Origin: Deltaproteobacteria bacterium
GTDB taxonomy: Bacteria > Desulfobacterota > Dissulfuribacteria > Dissulfuribacterales > UBA5754
Assembly (NCBI GenBank): GCA_036574075.1
Contig: JAINCN010000025.1
Span: forward strand, 3,336-67,335
DNA length: 64,000 bases
Reading direction: 5' to 3'
Of the stretch, positions 31,409 to 42,166 are shown piece by piece. A model generated the notes under the pieces. That model was not told the origin of the DNA, made no database searches, and was given only the letters and a program-made list of their open reading frames with translations. Both the position numbers and the translations under genes were made by a program. Numbering within the stretch: position 1 is the first letter of the stretch; each line of letters starts with the position of its first letter.

Positions 31409-32769
31409 GGAGATACTTTGGAACGGATGGGGTGAGAGGGGTGGCAAACGTCCATCCCATGACCGTAGAAACGGCCATGAAGATCGGGCAGGCAGTGGCC
31501 CATATCTTCAAGGGCCGGGGGGCGAGGCACAGAAGGATCCTCATAGGAAAGGATACGCGTCTTTCCTGCTACATGTTCGAGCACGCCCTTGCTGCTGGCA
31601 TCTGCTCCATGGGGGTGGACGTCTTTCTCGTAGGGCCCATGCCGACCCCTGCCATTGCGTTTCTCACTGTTAGCATGCGGGCTGACGCGGGCGTGGTCAT
31701 CTCCGCATCTCACAACCCGTTTCAGGACAACGGCATAAAGATCTTTGCAGGCGACGGGTTCAAGCTTCCGGACGATGAGGAGCTCCGCATCGAGGCCCTG
31801 ATGGAGGCCCCTGTGCTCTGCAAGGAGCGGCCCACCGGCCGCGACGTGGGAAAGGCCTTTCGAATCGAGGACGCGCAGGGCCGCTACATCGTATTTCTTA
31901 AGCAGACCTTTCCGAGAGATCTCACCCTTGAGGGCTTGAAGATCGTAATCGATTGTGCCAACGGTGCCACGTACAAGGTCGCCCCCCTCGTTTTCGAGGA
32001 GTTGGGCGCCGATGTGATCAAGTTGGGCATATCACCCGACGGGACGAACATCAACAAGGATTGCGGGGCCTTGTATCCAGAGGCACTGAGAAGGGAGGTC
32101 CTGTCTCAGGGAGCCGACATGGGGATCGCCTTCGACGGGGACGGGGATCGGGTGATCGTCGTGGACGAAAAGGGCGGGATCGTGGACGGGGATCACAGCA
32201 TGGCCATCTGCGCCCGATCCCTCATCCAGGAGGGTCGTCTCAAAGGCAACACACTGGTGGCCACGGTCATGAGCAACATGGGGCTTGAGGTGGCCATCGA
32301 AGAGATGGGCGGGCGGCTCCTGAGGACCAGGGTCGGAGACCGGTATGTGGTCGAGGCCATGCGCGAGGGCCGGTACAATTTCGGTGGTGAGCAATCGGGC
32401 CACCTCGTCTTTCTGGACTACATCACCACCGGAGACGGAATACTTGCCGCCCTTCAGCTCCTTGCCGTCATGCAGTCGACCGGCAGGCCCCTTTCGGAGC
32501 TCGCCAAGGTCATGACGGCCTTTCCTCAGGTCCTCCTCAACGTGCGGGTGCGGGAAAAGAAGGCGGTGGAGGAGATCCCGGGCCTATCCGCCTTGCAGGA
32601 AGGTCTGCTTAAAGAGCTTCAGGGCCGGGGGCGCATCCTCGTCCGGCCTTCAGGGACAGAGCCGGTCTTCCGTGTCATGGTGGAGGGAGAAAACGAGGAG
32701 AAGATCTCGCGCATCGCCGCTTCCCTTGGCGAGCACATCCAGGAGGTATGCGGCACACCCTGTACTTAA
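31405..32769 (+). CDS. glmM: phosphoglucosamine mutase
   Basis: YFGTDGVRG start and the active-site [13 protein letters not shown]. 454 aa. Confidence 0.95.
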   Translation: MRRYFGTDGVRGVANVHPMTVETAMKIGQAVAHIFKGRGARHRRILIGKDTRLSCYMFEHALAAGICSMGVDVFLVGPMPTPAIAFLTVSMRADAGVVISASHNPFQDNGIKIFAGDGFKLPDDEELRIEALMEAPVLCKERPTGRDVGKAFRIEDAQGRYIVFLKQTFPRDLTLEGLKIVIDCANGATYKVAPLVFEELGADVIKLGISPDGTNINKDCGALYPEALRREVLSQGADMGIAFDGDGDRVIVVDEKGGIVDGDHSMAICARSLIQEGRLKGNTLVATVMSNMGLEVAIEEMGGRLLRTRVGDRYVVEAMREGRYNFGGEQSGHLVFLDYITTGDGILAALQLLAVMQSTGRPLSELAKVMTAFPQVLLNVRVREKKAVEEIPGLSALQEGLLKELQGRGRILVRPSGTEPVFRVMVEGENEEKISRIAASLGEHIQEVCGTPCT

Positions 32770-32947
32770 GCCGGGCCCTCCCGGGCCGCCGCCCCTGAGC
32801 AGGTGCGCGCACGCCTCGCAGCTGAACATGCAAAGGCGCACTACAAGGCAGTTTTCTCTCCCGAGGCCCAAATGCAGCTTGCCGACATCGGCATATTCTA
32901 CGTCGGACAGTGTTACGAAAGATTGATTCCTTCTGCCGCGCGGCCTC

Positions 32948-34117
32948 TCAGTCCGCCTTTTTTCGCAGGAAGGTCGGTCTGTCCAGTTGATCCCAGTCCA
33001 CCTCGTCAAGCGGGGACTGGATCGTGTGAGGCCTTCGGATCTGGCGTTTTGTCTCTGATGGAAACGCAGGGCCAGAGTACCCGGTCTCCTGCTCTGGCCG
33101 GGCCTTTTTCAGGATGTTCAGGTTTCTGACGACCTGTTCATCCGCAGGCTGGCGGAGTTCCGCCCCGATCCCCGTGGCAATGACAGTGACCCGGAGTTCG
33201 TCACCGGCTGCGTCGTCAAAGACCGTCCCCCAGATGATGTTGGCGTCCTCATGGGCCTCGTTGTGGATGAGCATGGAGGCCTCGTCCACCTCGTCCATGG
33301 TGAGATTGGCGCTGCTCGCGGTGATGTTCATGAGGATCCCGCGGGCACCGCTGATGGAGACGTCTTCGAGGAGGGGGTTTGCTATGGCCATCTGGACCGC
33401 CTCTACAGCACGGCGTTCACCCCGGGCAACACCCGTACCCATCAGGGCCATTCCCATTTCTCCCATGACGGTACGGACGTCGGCGAAGTCCACGTTCACG
33501 TATCCGTGGACCACGATGAGGTCCGATATCCCCCTCACCGCATAGTAGAGGACCTCGTCGGCCTTTTTGAACATCTCGTAAAAAGGGGTGTTGGCCTGTG
33601 CAAGTTTGCGGAGACGGTCGTTTGGGATGGTGATGATGGTGTCTACGACCTTTCTGAGACGCTCGATCCCATCCTCCGCCTGTTTCATGCGCCTCTTGCC
33701 CTCGAAGGCGAAGGGTTTGGTGACCACGGCCACCGTAAGGGCGCCGAGTTCCTTGCTGATCTCCGCAATGACCGGGGCGCCTCCCGTACCTGTTCCTCCG
33801 CCCATCCCAGCGGTGATGAAGACCATGTCGCTGCCCTCGATCGCGGAACGGATCTCTTCCGCGCTCTCTTCAGCGGCCTCCCGTCCGACCTCGGGATTGG
33901 CACCGGCCCCGAGGCCTTTGGTCAGGCTTTTGCCGAGCTGGATCTTGACTGCGGCACGGGACATCTCGAGGACCTGGGCGTCCGTGTTTGCGGCGATGAA
34001 CTCCACCCCCCTGAGCTCGGCGGAGATCATATTATTGACCGCGTTTCCTCCCCCGCCGCCGACACCTATTACCTTGATGCGCGCCGTATGTTCTGTATCC
34101 GCGAATTCAAACGACAT
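32948..34117 (-). CDS. ftsZ: cell division protein FtsZ
   Basis: [13 protein letters not shown] and [13 protein letters not shown] tubulin signature. 389 aa. Confidence 0.97.
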   Translation of the reverse strand: MSFEFADTEHTARIKVIGVGGGGGNAVNNMISAELRGVEFIAANTDAQVLEMSRAAVKIQLGKSLTKGLGAGANPEVGREAAEESAEEIRSAIEGSDMVFITAGMGGGTGTGGAPVIAEISKELGALTVAVVTKPFAFEGKRRMKQAEDGIERLRKVVDTIITIPNDRLRKLAQANTPFYEMFKKADEVLYYAVRGISDLIVVHGYVNVDFADVRTVMGEMGMALMGTGVARGERRAVEAVQMAIANPLLEDVSISGARGILMNITASSANLTMDEVDEASMLIHNEAHEDANIIWGTVFDDAAGDELRVTVIATGIGAELRQPADEQVVRNLNILKKARPEQETGYSGPAFPSETKRQIRRPHTIQSPLDEVDWDQLDRPTFLRKKAD

Positions 34118-34154
34118 ATCTCATTCCCTCCGTCTTTGCCTCTGCACAAGGGGA

Positions 34155-35378
34155 TCAGATGCCGAACCAGGATCGCATGCGGCTGCTGACCCGGTGGAAG
34201 ATGTTCCCGTCCCGAATCCTGAACTGTTTTGACGGCATGTGCTCGGCCCCGTAAAGGACTAGGCCGACTGCAGTTGCGTACATGGGACTGTGGACCACGT
34301 CCACGAGCCCGGTGATCCCTTTGGGATAGCCGATCCGCGTGGGCAGTTGAAAGATCTGGTCTGCGATCTCTGCGATCCCGGGAAGAAGCGATGACCCCCC
34401 GGTGATGACTATGCCTGAGGTGAGATCAGATTTGAGCCCAGTCTTCTGGATCTCCGTATCCACGATGGTGAGGATCTCCTCCACCCGGGGTTCCAGGATC
34501 TCAGCGAGTATGTGGCGGGAGAGCATGCGGGGTTTTCGCCCGCCCACGCTCGGCACCTCGATTACCTCGTCCCGCTGGACAAGGGAGCTGAGACAGGTGC
34601 CGTAGAGAAATTTTATCTTTTCCGCCTCGGCCATGGGGGTCTTGAGGCCGACGGCGATGTCGTTCGTGAGGTTGTTGCCCCCGAGTCCCAGGACGGACGT
34701 GTGTTTGATGGAGCCGTCGATGAATATGCTCAGATCCGTGGTCCCCCCGCCGAAGTCCACGAGGGCGACTCCTAGATCCTTCTCCTCCTGGGTCAGGACG
34801 GCCTCGCCAGAGGCAAGGGGCTGCAGGACGATGTCGATGACGTCAAGTCCCGCCCGGTTCGCGCACTTGATGAGGTTCTGGGCGGCTGTGACCGCACCGG
34901 TCACGATGTGGACCTTGGCCTCAAGCCGGACACCCACCATGCCGACCGGGTCGTGGATGCCGTGCTGGTCGTCGATGATGTATTCCTGGGGAAGGATATG
35001 GATGACTTCCCTGTCTAAGGGGATGGCCACGGCCCGGGCCGCCTCGATCACCCGGTCTACGTCGTCCTGTGTCACTTCCTGGCCCTTGATGGCAATGACG
35101 CCGTGGCTGTTGAAACCCTTGATGTGACTACCAGCGATCCCCACATAGACCTTTCCGATCTCGAAGCCCGCCATGAGTTCGGCCTCTTCCACGGCCTTCT
35201 TGATGGAGGAGACCGTGCTTTCCACGTTTACGACCACGCCCTTGCGCAGACCGTTGGAAGGGTGTGTGCCGACTCCGATGATGTCCATGCCGGCCTCGCC
35301 GGCTTCTCCGACGATGGCGCAGATCTTGGTCGTGCCGATATCGAGGCCGACGACGATGTCAGGGGATCTTGCGGTCAT
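34155..35378 (-). CDS. ftsA: cell division protein FtsA
   Basis: Actin-like ATPase (VGLDIGTTKICAIVGE, VDFGGGTTD). ftsQ-ftsA-ftsZ order. Confidence 0.95.
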   Translation of the reverse strand: MTARSPDIVVGLDIGTTKICAIVGEAGEAGMDIIGVGTHPSNGLRKGVVVNVESTVSSIKKAVEEAELMAGFEIGKVYVGIAGSHIKGFNSHGVIAIKGQEVTQDDVDRVIEAARAVAIPLDREVIHILPQEYIIDDQHGIHDPVGMVGVRLEAKVHIVTGAVTAAQNLIKCANRAGLDVIDIVLQPLASGEAVLTQEEKDLGVALVDFGGGTTDLSIFIDGSIKHTSVLGLGGNNLTNDIAVGLKTPMAEAEKIKFLYGTCLSSLVQRDEVIEVPSVGGRKPRMLSRHILAEILEPRVEEILTIVDTEIQKTGLKSDLTSGIVITGGSSLLPGIAEIADQIFQLPTRIGYPKGITGLVDVVHSPMYATAVGLVLYGAEHMPSKQFRIRDGNIFHRVSSRMRSWFGI

Positions 35379-35391
35379 GTGTTCGGTGTCC

Positions 35392-36216
35392 TCAGTCCTT
35401 CATGCGGACAAGTGCACGGCTGCCGCCCATGTCCAGATCGATGGAATCCACCCGGGAGTAGTTCCCAGAGACGTAAAGTTGATAGAGGATCCTTTCTGCC
35501 CTCTTGAGTTGTTCCTTCAGGTCGGTTTTTGGGGAAAAAAGGAGCGCGATATCCACTCCGCCTGCATATACCACCAGCCCTCCGGATTCTTCAAGGCTGA
35601 TAGATCTAATGGAGGAGAGCCCGCTGGTCTTGGACCCGGATGCGGCAAGGGAGATGAAATCGAGGGCGCTGCGCCATCTCTCCGATAGGCAACCGTTTTG
35701 GATCTCATCCGGGGAGACGTTCGTGAGCCGAGGCAGATCATCCGGGGCAGGGTCGGGCGACGTGAGGATGCGGCCCGTCCGATCCACCAGTTTATCCGTC
35801 CCAATGACGGCCACGGGTTTGCGCTCCTTGACCGAGATCTCGACACGGTCAGGGAGGATCCTCTTGACCGTGCATGTCTCGATCCACGGGTGCCCTTCGA
35901 CCCCTTTTGCAACAGAGGAGAGGTCGATCGAAAGGGTGCTCATGCCGGCAGAGAGGCCGGATGCAGCAAGGATCTCGTCCTGGGGGACGCGAAAGTTCCC
36001 TGAGATGTGGATGTTTGTGAGGCGGAACACGGTGAGATTCTCCACCCAGTGCCCCAGCATGGGGGCCATATAAGCCCCCGCTGCCACGAAGAGACAGACG
36101 AGGATTGCAAGGGCCACCCGTCGAATGATCAGAAAAACACGGAGCCGGCGCCTTCCGGATCCCGGTCTTCGTGGAGATGCCTGGCGGCTCCCGTAGATCA
36201 CGAAACGGCCCTCCAC
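35392..36216 (-). CDS. ftsQ: cell division protein FtsQ
   Basis: N-terminal TM helix, then a POTRA-like segment (FRLTNIHISGNFRVPQDEIL). Position upstream of ftsA. Confidence 0.8.
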   Translation of the reverse strand: MEGRFVIYGSRQASPRRPGSGRRRLRVFLIIRRVALAILVCLFVAAGAYMAPMLGHWVENLTVFRLTNIHISGNFRVPQDEILAASGLSAGMSTLSIDLSSVAKGVEGHPWIETCTVKRILPDRVEISVKERKPVAVIGTDKLVDRTGRILTSPDPAPDDLPRLTNVSPDEIQNGCLSERWRSALDFISLAASGSKTSGLSSIRSISLEESGGLVVYAGGVDIALLFSPKTDLKEQLKRAERILYQLYVSGNYSRVDSIDLDMGGSRALVRMKD

Positions 36217-37100
36217 ACCTCGACCTCCGGTTCGAGCACGATGCCGTGCTCATCGTGGACCTTTCGGTGGACTAGTTGCATGAGGTTCATTACGTCCGAA
36301 AAGGTGGCACCGTCCTGATTGACGATGAAGTTGCCGTGTCGCCTGGAGACCTCCGCCCCTCCAACACGCATGCCCTTGAGGCCAGTCTGATCTATGAACC
36401 AACCTGCCGGTCCTTCTGGTGGATTCTTGAAGATGCAGCCGGCGCTGGGCCTGCCGATGGGCTGGGTGGATACCCGCCTTTTCATGACCTTTTTGATGGT
36501 GGCGAGGATCTCCTTCCTGTTTCCTGGGGCAAGAAGTATTCGAACCCCAGTGACCACGGTGTCCGCAGGGAGCCCTGTTTTTCTGTATCCGTACTTCAAG
36601 TCCTTAGCAGGGACCCATGCGCTTCCTTCAGAACTGGTCAGCAGGACGGATTCCGTGATGTCGCAGATGGACCTGTCACGGGTCCCTGCGTTCACGGCAA
36701 CCGCACCGCCCATGCTCGCTGGGATCCCTGCAAAGGGTTCAAGTCCTGTGAGCCCTGCCCGGACAGACCACGCAATCAGGAAGGGGAGGCTGCATCCCGC
36801 TCCCACAGTCACACGGAACCGCGATCCATCGAGCCTTTCCCATTCAAGGGCTGTGAGCCTCTCGAGCGAGAGGAGGGGGGGATGATGCCCCTCCTCCACA
36901 AGGAGATTGCTCCCCCGTCCGAGGACACGATATGGTAAGCCCGCTTTTGCAAAATGGCGCAGTGTCTGTTCGGTCGCCTTGATGGTCGCGGGACGATATA
37001 CGTCTGCCCTACCCCCGATGCGGAAGGTGGTGAGGCGAAAGAGTCCGCAATCCCGCTGGATGGCGAGGTCTTGAATAGGAGGGGGGTCAGGGATGGACAC
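36198..37100 (-). CDS. murB: UDP-N-acetylenolpyruvoylglucosamine reductase
   Basis: TTFRIGGRADVY and LGRGSNLLV FAD-binding motifs. 300 aa. Confidence 0.93.
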   Translation of the reverse strand: MSIPDPPPIQDLAIQRDCGLFRLTTFRIGGRADVYRPATIKATEQTLRHFAKAGLPYRVLGRGSNLLVEEGHHPPLLSLERLTALEWERLDGSRFRVTVGAGCSLPFLIAWSVRAGLTGLEPFAGIPASMGGAVAVNAGTRDRSICDITESVLLTSSEGSAWVPAKDLKYGYRKTGLPADTVVTGVRILLAPGNRKEILATIKKVMKRRVSTQPIGRPSAGCIFKNPPEGPAGWFIDQTGLKGMRVGGAEVSRRHGNFIVNQDGATFSDVMNLMQLVHRKVHDEHGIVLEPEVEVWRAVS

Positions 37101-38490
37101 AGGTCGCTCTCTCTCGCTGATTTAGAAGGGAGATCAATTTAGGACCGAGGGCACCGATGGACCCGGCTCCCAAGGTAAAGACCACGTCCCCTGGCGCAAG
37201 CGAGACGGATGCCTCGTAAAGGAGGTCCTGGCAGGTCGGGGCGTAGTGGACCGGTCTGTTTCCCACCTCCCGGATACGTCTGGCAAGCCGTTCCCCGCTC
37301 ACGCCCACGATGGGCCTTTCACTTGCGGGATAGATCTCTGTGATCCAGAGTTCGTCCGCATCGGCAAAGGCCGTGGCGAATTCTTCCATAAGGGCGCTCG
37401 TCCTCGTGTACCGGTGGGGTTCAAAGAGGGCGATGATCCTCCTGTCCGGCCAGCAGCCGCGCGCGGCCGCAAGGGTCGCCTTGATCTCCGTGGGGTGATG
37501 GGCATAGTCATCCACGACCAGGATCCCCTGTGGCTCTCCCAGTACCTCAAACCTTCTTCCCACGCCTTCGTAGTCCGCGAGCCCTTTCTGTATGGAGGAA
37601 AAGGGGATGTCGAGCTCGAGACCGACGGCCAAGGCCGCAAGGGAGTTCCGGACGTGATGGATCCCAGGGACCCTGAGGCGGATCTCCCCGATGGGCCTAT
37701 CCCGAAGGTATGCCGTGTAGGAGGACCGCATCCCGTCAAAGGCGATTCCCTGGGCAGTCAAATCCAGGCAGGGGCGTGTTCCGTAGGTCATCACCCTGCC
37801 CGGGAGCCGGGGAAGGACGTCGGAAGCGAGGATCGGATCGTCGCCGCAGAGGATGGAGATCCCGTAGAAGGGTATCCTTTCGAGAAACTCCACAAACGCC
37901 TTTTGGATATCCTGAAGGTCTCTGTAGTGGTCCAGGTGCTCCCGGTCGATGTTGGTGACCACGGCGATGCACGGGCACAGGCGCAGAAAACTTCCGTCGC
38001 TTTCATCCGCCTCGGCCACGAGGAAATCGCCGTTTCCCCAGCAGGCATTGGTCCCGAAGGCCTTGACCATGCCTCCAATGATCATCGTTGGGTCAAGTCC
38101 GCCTGCACGCAGTACTGAAGCCGTCATGGAGGTGGTGCTCGTCTTTCCGTGGGCACCGGCCACTGCTATCCCATATTTCTTGAGCCGCATGAGCCCGGCG
38201 AGCATCTCTGCGCGGGGGATCACCGGAATACCCGCCTCAATGGCCGCCTGGATCTCAGGATTGTCCTCCTTTACAGCAGAGGATACGACGACCACGTCCG
38301 CGCCTTTCACATGCCCTGCCTCGTGTCCCCGCCATATTCGGCCACCGAGGCGTTCGAGTCGGCGCGTTGCGTCGTTTTCCCTGAGATCCGAGCCGCTCAC
38401 CGTGTACCCAAGTTCGAGCAGGACGTGGGCGATCCCGCTCATTCCAATGCCACCGATACCAACAAAATGGATATGTTGTTTTTTATACAT
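37087..38490 (-). CDS. murC: UDP-N-acetylmuramate--L-alanine ligase
   Basis: Start at MYKKQHIHFVGIGGIGMSGIA (ATG at 38490); the ORF is open to 38712 but that part overlaps murG. Mur ligase P-loop AGAHGKTSTT. Confidence 0.93.
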   Translation of the reverse strand: MYKKQHIHFVGIGGIGMSGIAHVLLELGYTVSGSDLRENDATRRLERLGGRIWRGHEAGHVKGADVVVVSSAVKEDNPEIQAAIEAGIPVIPRAEMLAGLMRLKKYGIAVAGAHGKTSTTSMTASVLRAGGLDPTMIIGGMVKAFGTNACWGNGDFLVAEADESDGSFLRLCPCIAVVTNIDREHLDHYRDLQDIQKAFVEFLERIPFYGISILCGDDPILASDVLPRLPGRVMTYGTRPCLDLTAQGIAFDGMRSSYTAYLRDRPIGEIRLRVPGIHHVRNSLAALAVGLELDIPFSSIQKGLADYEGVGRRFEVLGEPQGILVVDDYAHHPTEIKATLAAARGCWPDRRIIALFEPHRYTRTSALMEEFATAFADADELWITEIYPASERPIVGVSGERLARRIREVGNRPVHYAPTCQDLLYEASVSLAPGDVVFTLGAGSIGALGPKLISLLNQRERATCVHP

Positions 38491-39664
38491 GGTCCTTGGC
38501 TTCTTTGCCTTTGATGTCGTTATTGTGTACCCCTTTTCCCCATTCCTTTGAAGCAGGCGAGCCGCGCAGGGCCTCCCCAAGGGAAAGGAGGTGGCGGGCC
38601 ATCTCGTCTGCCGACTCCGGCCTGCCGAACCGGCTGGCCCGCCTTCCCATGGCCATGAGCCGCTCCCTGTCCTCGGCAAGTCCCTGGATCTCGCCAGCCA
38701 GCCTGACCGCACCTATTCCGTCTTCCTGAAAGAAGAGGGCCGCACCGGCAGCCGCGAGCCCTTCGGCATTTGCGTCCTGATGGCCCCCTGCCGCGTGGGG
38801 ATAGGGGATGAGAATGGCGGGTTTGCCAAGGGCAGTGATCTCGGAGATGGTGCCTGCTCCGGCCCGGCATATGACGAGATCGGCCCAGGCGTAATAAGTA
38901 TGGATATCCGTGATGAAGGTAAAGACCCGCGCCGGGACCTGAGAGGTCCTGTACATGCCTTCGATCTCCTCCTGGTTGACAGCACCCGTCTGGTGGACCA
39001 CCTCAAGGGAGACCCCTGACCTCCAGAGGTTTTCTATGGCGGATGCAGCGAGTCTGTTCAGGGACGCCGCCCCTTGGCTTCCTCCCAGGACGAGGATTTT
39101 GAAGGGCCTGCCTCCCGCATCCTGTGAGATGGCCTCTGTTTTGGCAGCAAGGATGGAGGCGCGCACAGGGTTTCCCGTGTGGATCACCTTCTTTCCAGAA
39201 AAGTGGGATGCCGTCTCGGGAAAACTCACGAAAACCAGGTCGGCTAAGCGTGCAGCCATGCGATTGGCAAGGCCCGGCATGGCGTTCTGTTCGTGGATGG
39301 CAGTGGGGATTCCGAGCAGGCGTGCCGCAAGCACCACAGGGCCGGAGACATACCCTCCCACGCCGAGAGCCACGTGGGGAGAAAAGGACCTGAGCCACAG
39401 CGCTGCCCGTGCCGTGTGGATCGGAAGACCTGCAAGGGCGCGTAGCATGGCAAGGGGATTTGTGCCTGCGATGGGGCGGACCGGAAGTATCCGGTGCTCC
39501 CAACCGCGTCCTTTGAGGGCGTCCGTCTCCACAGGCCTTCCGGTGCCTATCCAGAGGACCGTGAGCCTTCGGGACCGGGCAAGGGCATCGGCCACAGCGA
39601 TCGCTGGAAAGACGTGCCCTCCGGTCCCTCCCCCGGCTATGACGAGTCTAAAGGGCGCCTTCAT
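38483..39664 (-). CDS. murG: undecaprenyldiphospho-muramoylpentapeptide beta-N-acetylglucosaminyltransferase
   Basis: IAGGGTGGHVFPAIAVA and EQNAMPG motifs. 393 aa. Its start overlaps the murD stop by 4 nt. Confidence 0.93.
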   Translation of the reverse strand: MKAPFRLVIAGGGTGGHVFPAIAVADALARSRRLTVLWIGTGRPVETDALKGRGWEHRILPVRPIAGTNPLAMLRALAGLPIHTARAALWLRSFSPHVALGVGGYVSGPVVLAARLLGIPTAIHEQNAMPGLANRMAARLADLVFVSFPETASHFSGKKVIHTGNPVRASILAAKTEAISQDAGGRPFKILVLGGSQGAASLNRLAASAIENLWRSGVSLEVVHQTGAVNQEEIEGMYRTSQVPARVFTFITDIHTYYAWADLVICRAGAGTISEITALGKPAILIPYPHAAGGHQDANAEGLAAAGAALFFQEDGIGAVRLAGEIQGLAEDRERLMAMGRRASRFGRPESADEMARHLLSLGEALRGSPASKEWGKGVHNNDIKGKEAKDHV

Positions 39665-41085
39665 GCGTCGACCGCCTCACCGGCCCGGACGGCTTCCATG
39701 AAAACGCATCCCCTTTCCTCGAAGTTCGAGAAGAGGTCGAAGCTTGCGCAGGCCGGGGCAAGCAGGATCACGTCTCCGGGCCGTGCATAGCCCTCTGCCA
39801 TCCGGACGGCGGCGTGCATGACGGCCCGACCGGATGTCTCTCCCTGGATACGGGATATGGGCACATGTCCGTCAAAGACCCGGTGGATGGACTCTGCCTC
39901 CTCCCCGAAGGCGACCACGGCCCGAAGGCGCCCCAGTCCCTTTTCGAGGAGCGGGGTATAGTCCTCCCCTTTGCCCCGTCCGCCCGCAATGAGCACGATG
40001 GGCCGGTCGATGGCGTCCAGGGCACGAAGAACGGATGCCACGTTCGTGGCCTTTGAGTCGTTGTAATAGCTGATCCCGTCCCTTGTGAGGACGAATTCGA
40101 GACGGTGTGCCGGGGCATGGAAGGCACCGATGGTCTGCTGGATGTCTTTGGGGCGTGCGCCTGCAAGACGGGCAAGCAAGATGGCTGCTGCGAGATTTTC
40201 CCTGTTGTGGCGGCCAGGAAGGGACCATCTTTCAAGGGGGTATTCCTCGGTTGCGCCGTCCGGCCACCGGACAACGATCCGCTCCTGCCAGATGGCGGCG
40301 CCCGCATCCAGGCCCGCGCCGTGGCCAAAGGTGAGGATGCAGCCCGGCGACTTCAGGATCCAGGGGGCGAGCTGGGGATCGTCTCGGTTCAGGATCCGGC
40401 ATCCATCCTGCCCGGCGAGATCGAGGATCCTGGCCTTGCTCCGCCCATAGGAGTCCAGATCGGGGTAGCGGTCCAGATGGTCCGGGGCGAGATTGAGCCA
40501 GGCTACCCCGCGCACGGGCGGGATCAATGCCCCGTCCGGAATCGCATCCAGCTGGAAGCTGCTGACCTCGAGGACTGCGACCGTCTTTTCGGTGTGCCCG
40601 TCAAGAAAGCAGGAAAGCGGGGTGCCGATGTTTCCGGCTACCCGGTGGTCTATACCCGCGGCCTCGAGCATGGCGCCCGTGAGTGCCGTGGTAGTGGTCT
40701 TGCCGTTCGTCCCTGTGAGGGCGAGGATCGGGCCCTTCCAGTGGGAGATGGCGAGATCCAGTTCTCCGCGTACCGGTATCCCCCGGAGCCGCGCCTCACT
40801 GATTGCGGGTATCGTTAAGGGGATGCCTGGGCTTACGACCACGAGGTCGGATCGAATGGCGGTCTCCACGCGGTTTGCCCCAGCCTCGATCCCGATCCCG
40901 TTCTCCTTGCAGAACGAGATGAACGTGAAGGGCCATGCATCGAGGGGATGCAGATCGCTCACCGTGACATGGGCGCCCTGAGAGTGGAGCCAGCGGGCTG
41001 CGGCCTGTCCAGACCTCCCGGCCCCGAGCACCAGGACCTTCTTGCCGTCAGGTGTATGGACTTCGGGTTTTGGCAGCATGGTCAT
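39661..41085 (-). CDS. murD: UDP-N-acetylmuramoylalanine--D-glutamate ligase
   Basis: [17 protein letters not shown] Rossmann fold and the [14 protein letters not shown]-loop. 474 aa. Confidence 0.93.
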   Translation of the reverse strand: MTMLPKPEVHTPDGKKVLVLGAGRSGQAAARWLHSQGAHVTVSDLHPLDAWPFTFISFCKENGIGIEAGANRVETAIRSDLVVVSPGIPLTIPAISEARLRGIPVRGELDLAISHWKGPILALTGTNGKTTTTALTGAMLEAAGIDHRVAGNIGTPLSCFLDGHTEKTVAVLEVSSFQLDAIPDGALIPPVRGVAWLNLAPDHLDRYPDLDSYGRSKARILDLAGQDGCRILNRDDPQLAPWILKSPGCILTFGHGAGLDAGAAIWQERIVVRWPDGATEEYPLERWSLPGRHNRENLAAAILLARLAGARPKDIQQTIGAFHAPAHRLEFVLTRDGISYYNDSKATNVASVLRALDAIDRPIVLIAGGRGKGEDYTPLLEKGLGRLRAVVAFGEEAESIHRVFDGHVPISRIQGETSGRAVMHAAVRMAEGYARPGDVILLAPACASFDLFSNFEERGCVFMEAVRAGEAVDA

Positions 41086-42164
41086 CTGAGTTTGAGGGTG
41101 CTGATGGCTATGAGCCCGAGGATCACCGAAATGATCCAGAATCTGACGATCACCTTGGATTCCTGCCAGCCTCCGAGTTCGAAATGGTGGTGCAGAGGGG
41201 CCATGCGGAAGATCCTTCTCCCATTGGTCGCCTTGAAGTATCCGACCTGCATGATGACGGAGAGTGCCTCAAGGACGAATACCCCGCCCACAATGAGAAG
41301 CAGGATCTCCTGTTTGGCGAGGATCGCCACTGTCCCGAGGACGCCTCCCATGGCAAGGGACCCCACGTCCCCCATGAAGATGCTCGCTGGATGGGCGTTG
41401 TACCAGAGAAAGCCGAGTCCGGCGCCCACCATGGCCCCGCAGAGGATCGTGAGTTCTCCTGCTCCTGAGACCGATGGGATCTGGAGATACGAGGCAAGGG
41501 CCGCGTGTCCGGCCAGATAACTGAAGAGGGCATAGACCGCGGAGGAGACGATAAAGGGGCCTGTGGCAAGGCCGTCCAGCCCGTCTGTGAGATTGACGGC
41601 GTTGGATGCCCCGAGGATCACGAAAAGGGCGAAGACCGTATAGAGGGCAGGGCCCAGATCGGGCCGAAACCCCTTGAAGAATGGGACAGAGAGATGGGTG
41701 TCCCAGGTCCCATGGTGGGCGAGGATGCCCGCTGCCGCAAGCACGATGACCGCCTGACAGGTGAGCTTCCATCTGCCTGCAAGCCCCTTGGAATTTTTCC
41801 GGCGGATCTTTTTCATGTCGTCCACGAGGCCGATGGCGGCAAAACCCAGAAGTATGAAAAGGGAGATCCAGACAAAGAGGTTCGTGAGATCAGACCAGAG
41901 GAGACAGGCACAGGAGATGGCCCCGACGATGAGGATGCCACCCATGCTCGGGGTCCCGGCCTTGATCATGTGCGAGGCCGGGCCGTCGTCCCGGATCACC
42001 TGCCCCATCTGGAACTCCTGCATCTTTCTGATGAACCATGGCCCAAAGGAGAGGACGATGAGGAGGGCGGTGAGGGTCGCGTATACGGTCCGGAAGGTGA
42101 TGTAGCGAAAGACATTGAAAACAGGGATGGATTCATGGAGGGGATAGAGGAGGTGATAGAGCAT
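41082..42164 (-). CDS. mraY: phospho-N-acetylmuramoyl-pentapeptide transferase
   Basis: 360 aa, polytopic. [22 protein letters not shown] and HHHFEL motifs. Confidence 0.95.
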   Translation of the reverse strand: MLYHLLYPLHESIPVFNVFRYITFRTVYATLTALLIVLSFGPWFIRKMQEFQMGQVIRDDGPASHMIKAGTPSMGGILIVGAISCACLLWSDLTNLFVWISLFILLGFAAIGLVDDMKKIRRKNSKGLAGRWKLTCQAVIVLAAAGILAHHGTWDTHLSVPFFKGFRPDLGPALYTVFALFVILGASNAVNLTDGLDGLATGPFIVSSAVYALFSYLAGHAALASYLQIPSVSGAGELTILCGAMVGAGLGFLWYNAHPASIFMGDVGSLAMGGVLGTVAILAKQEILLLIVGGVFVLEALSVIMQVGYFKATNGRRIFRMAPLHHHFELGGWQESKVIVRFWIISVILGLIAISTLKLR

Positions 42165-42166
42165 GC

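Noticed and set aside
32770-32947. Convergent glmM/ftsZ intergenic region examined for a terminator or small RNA.
   Set aside because: It has only a weak 5-bp GC hairpin (CCGGG-ccct-CCCGG) with no T-tract on either strand, and no repeat-family similarity.
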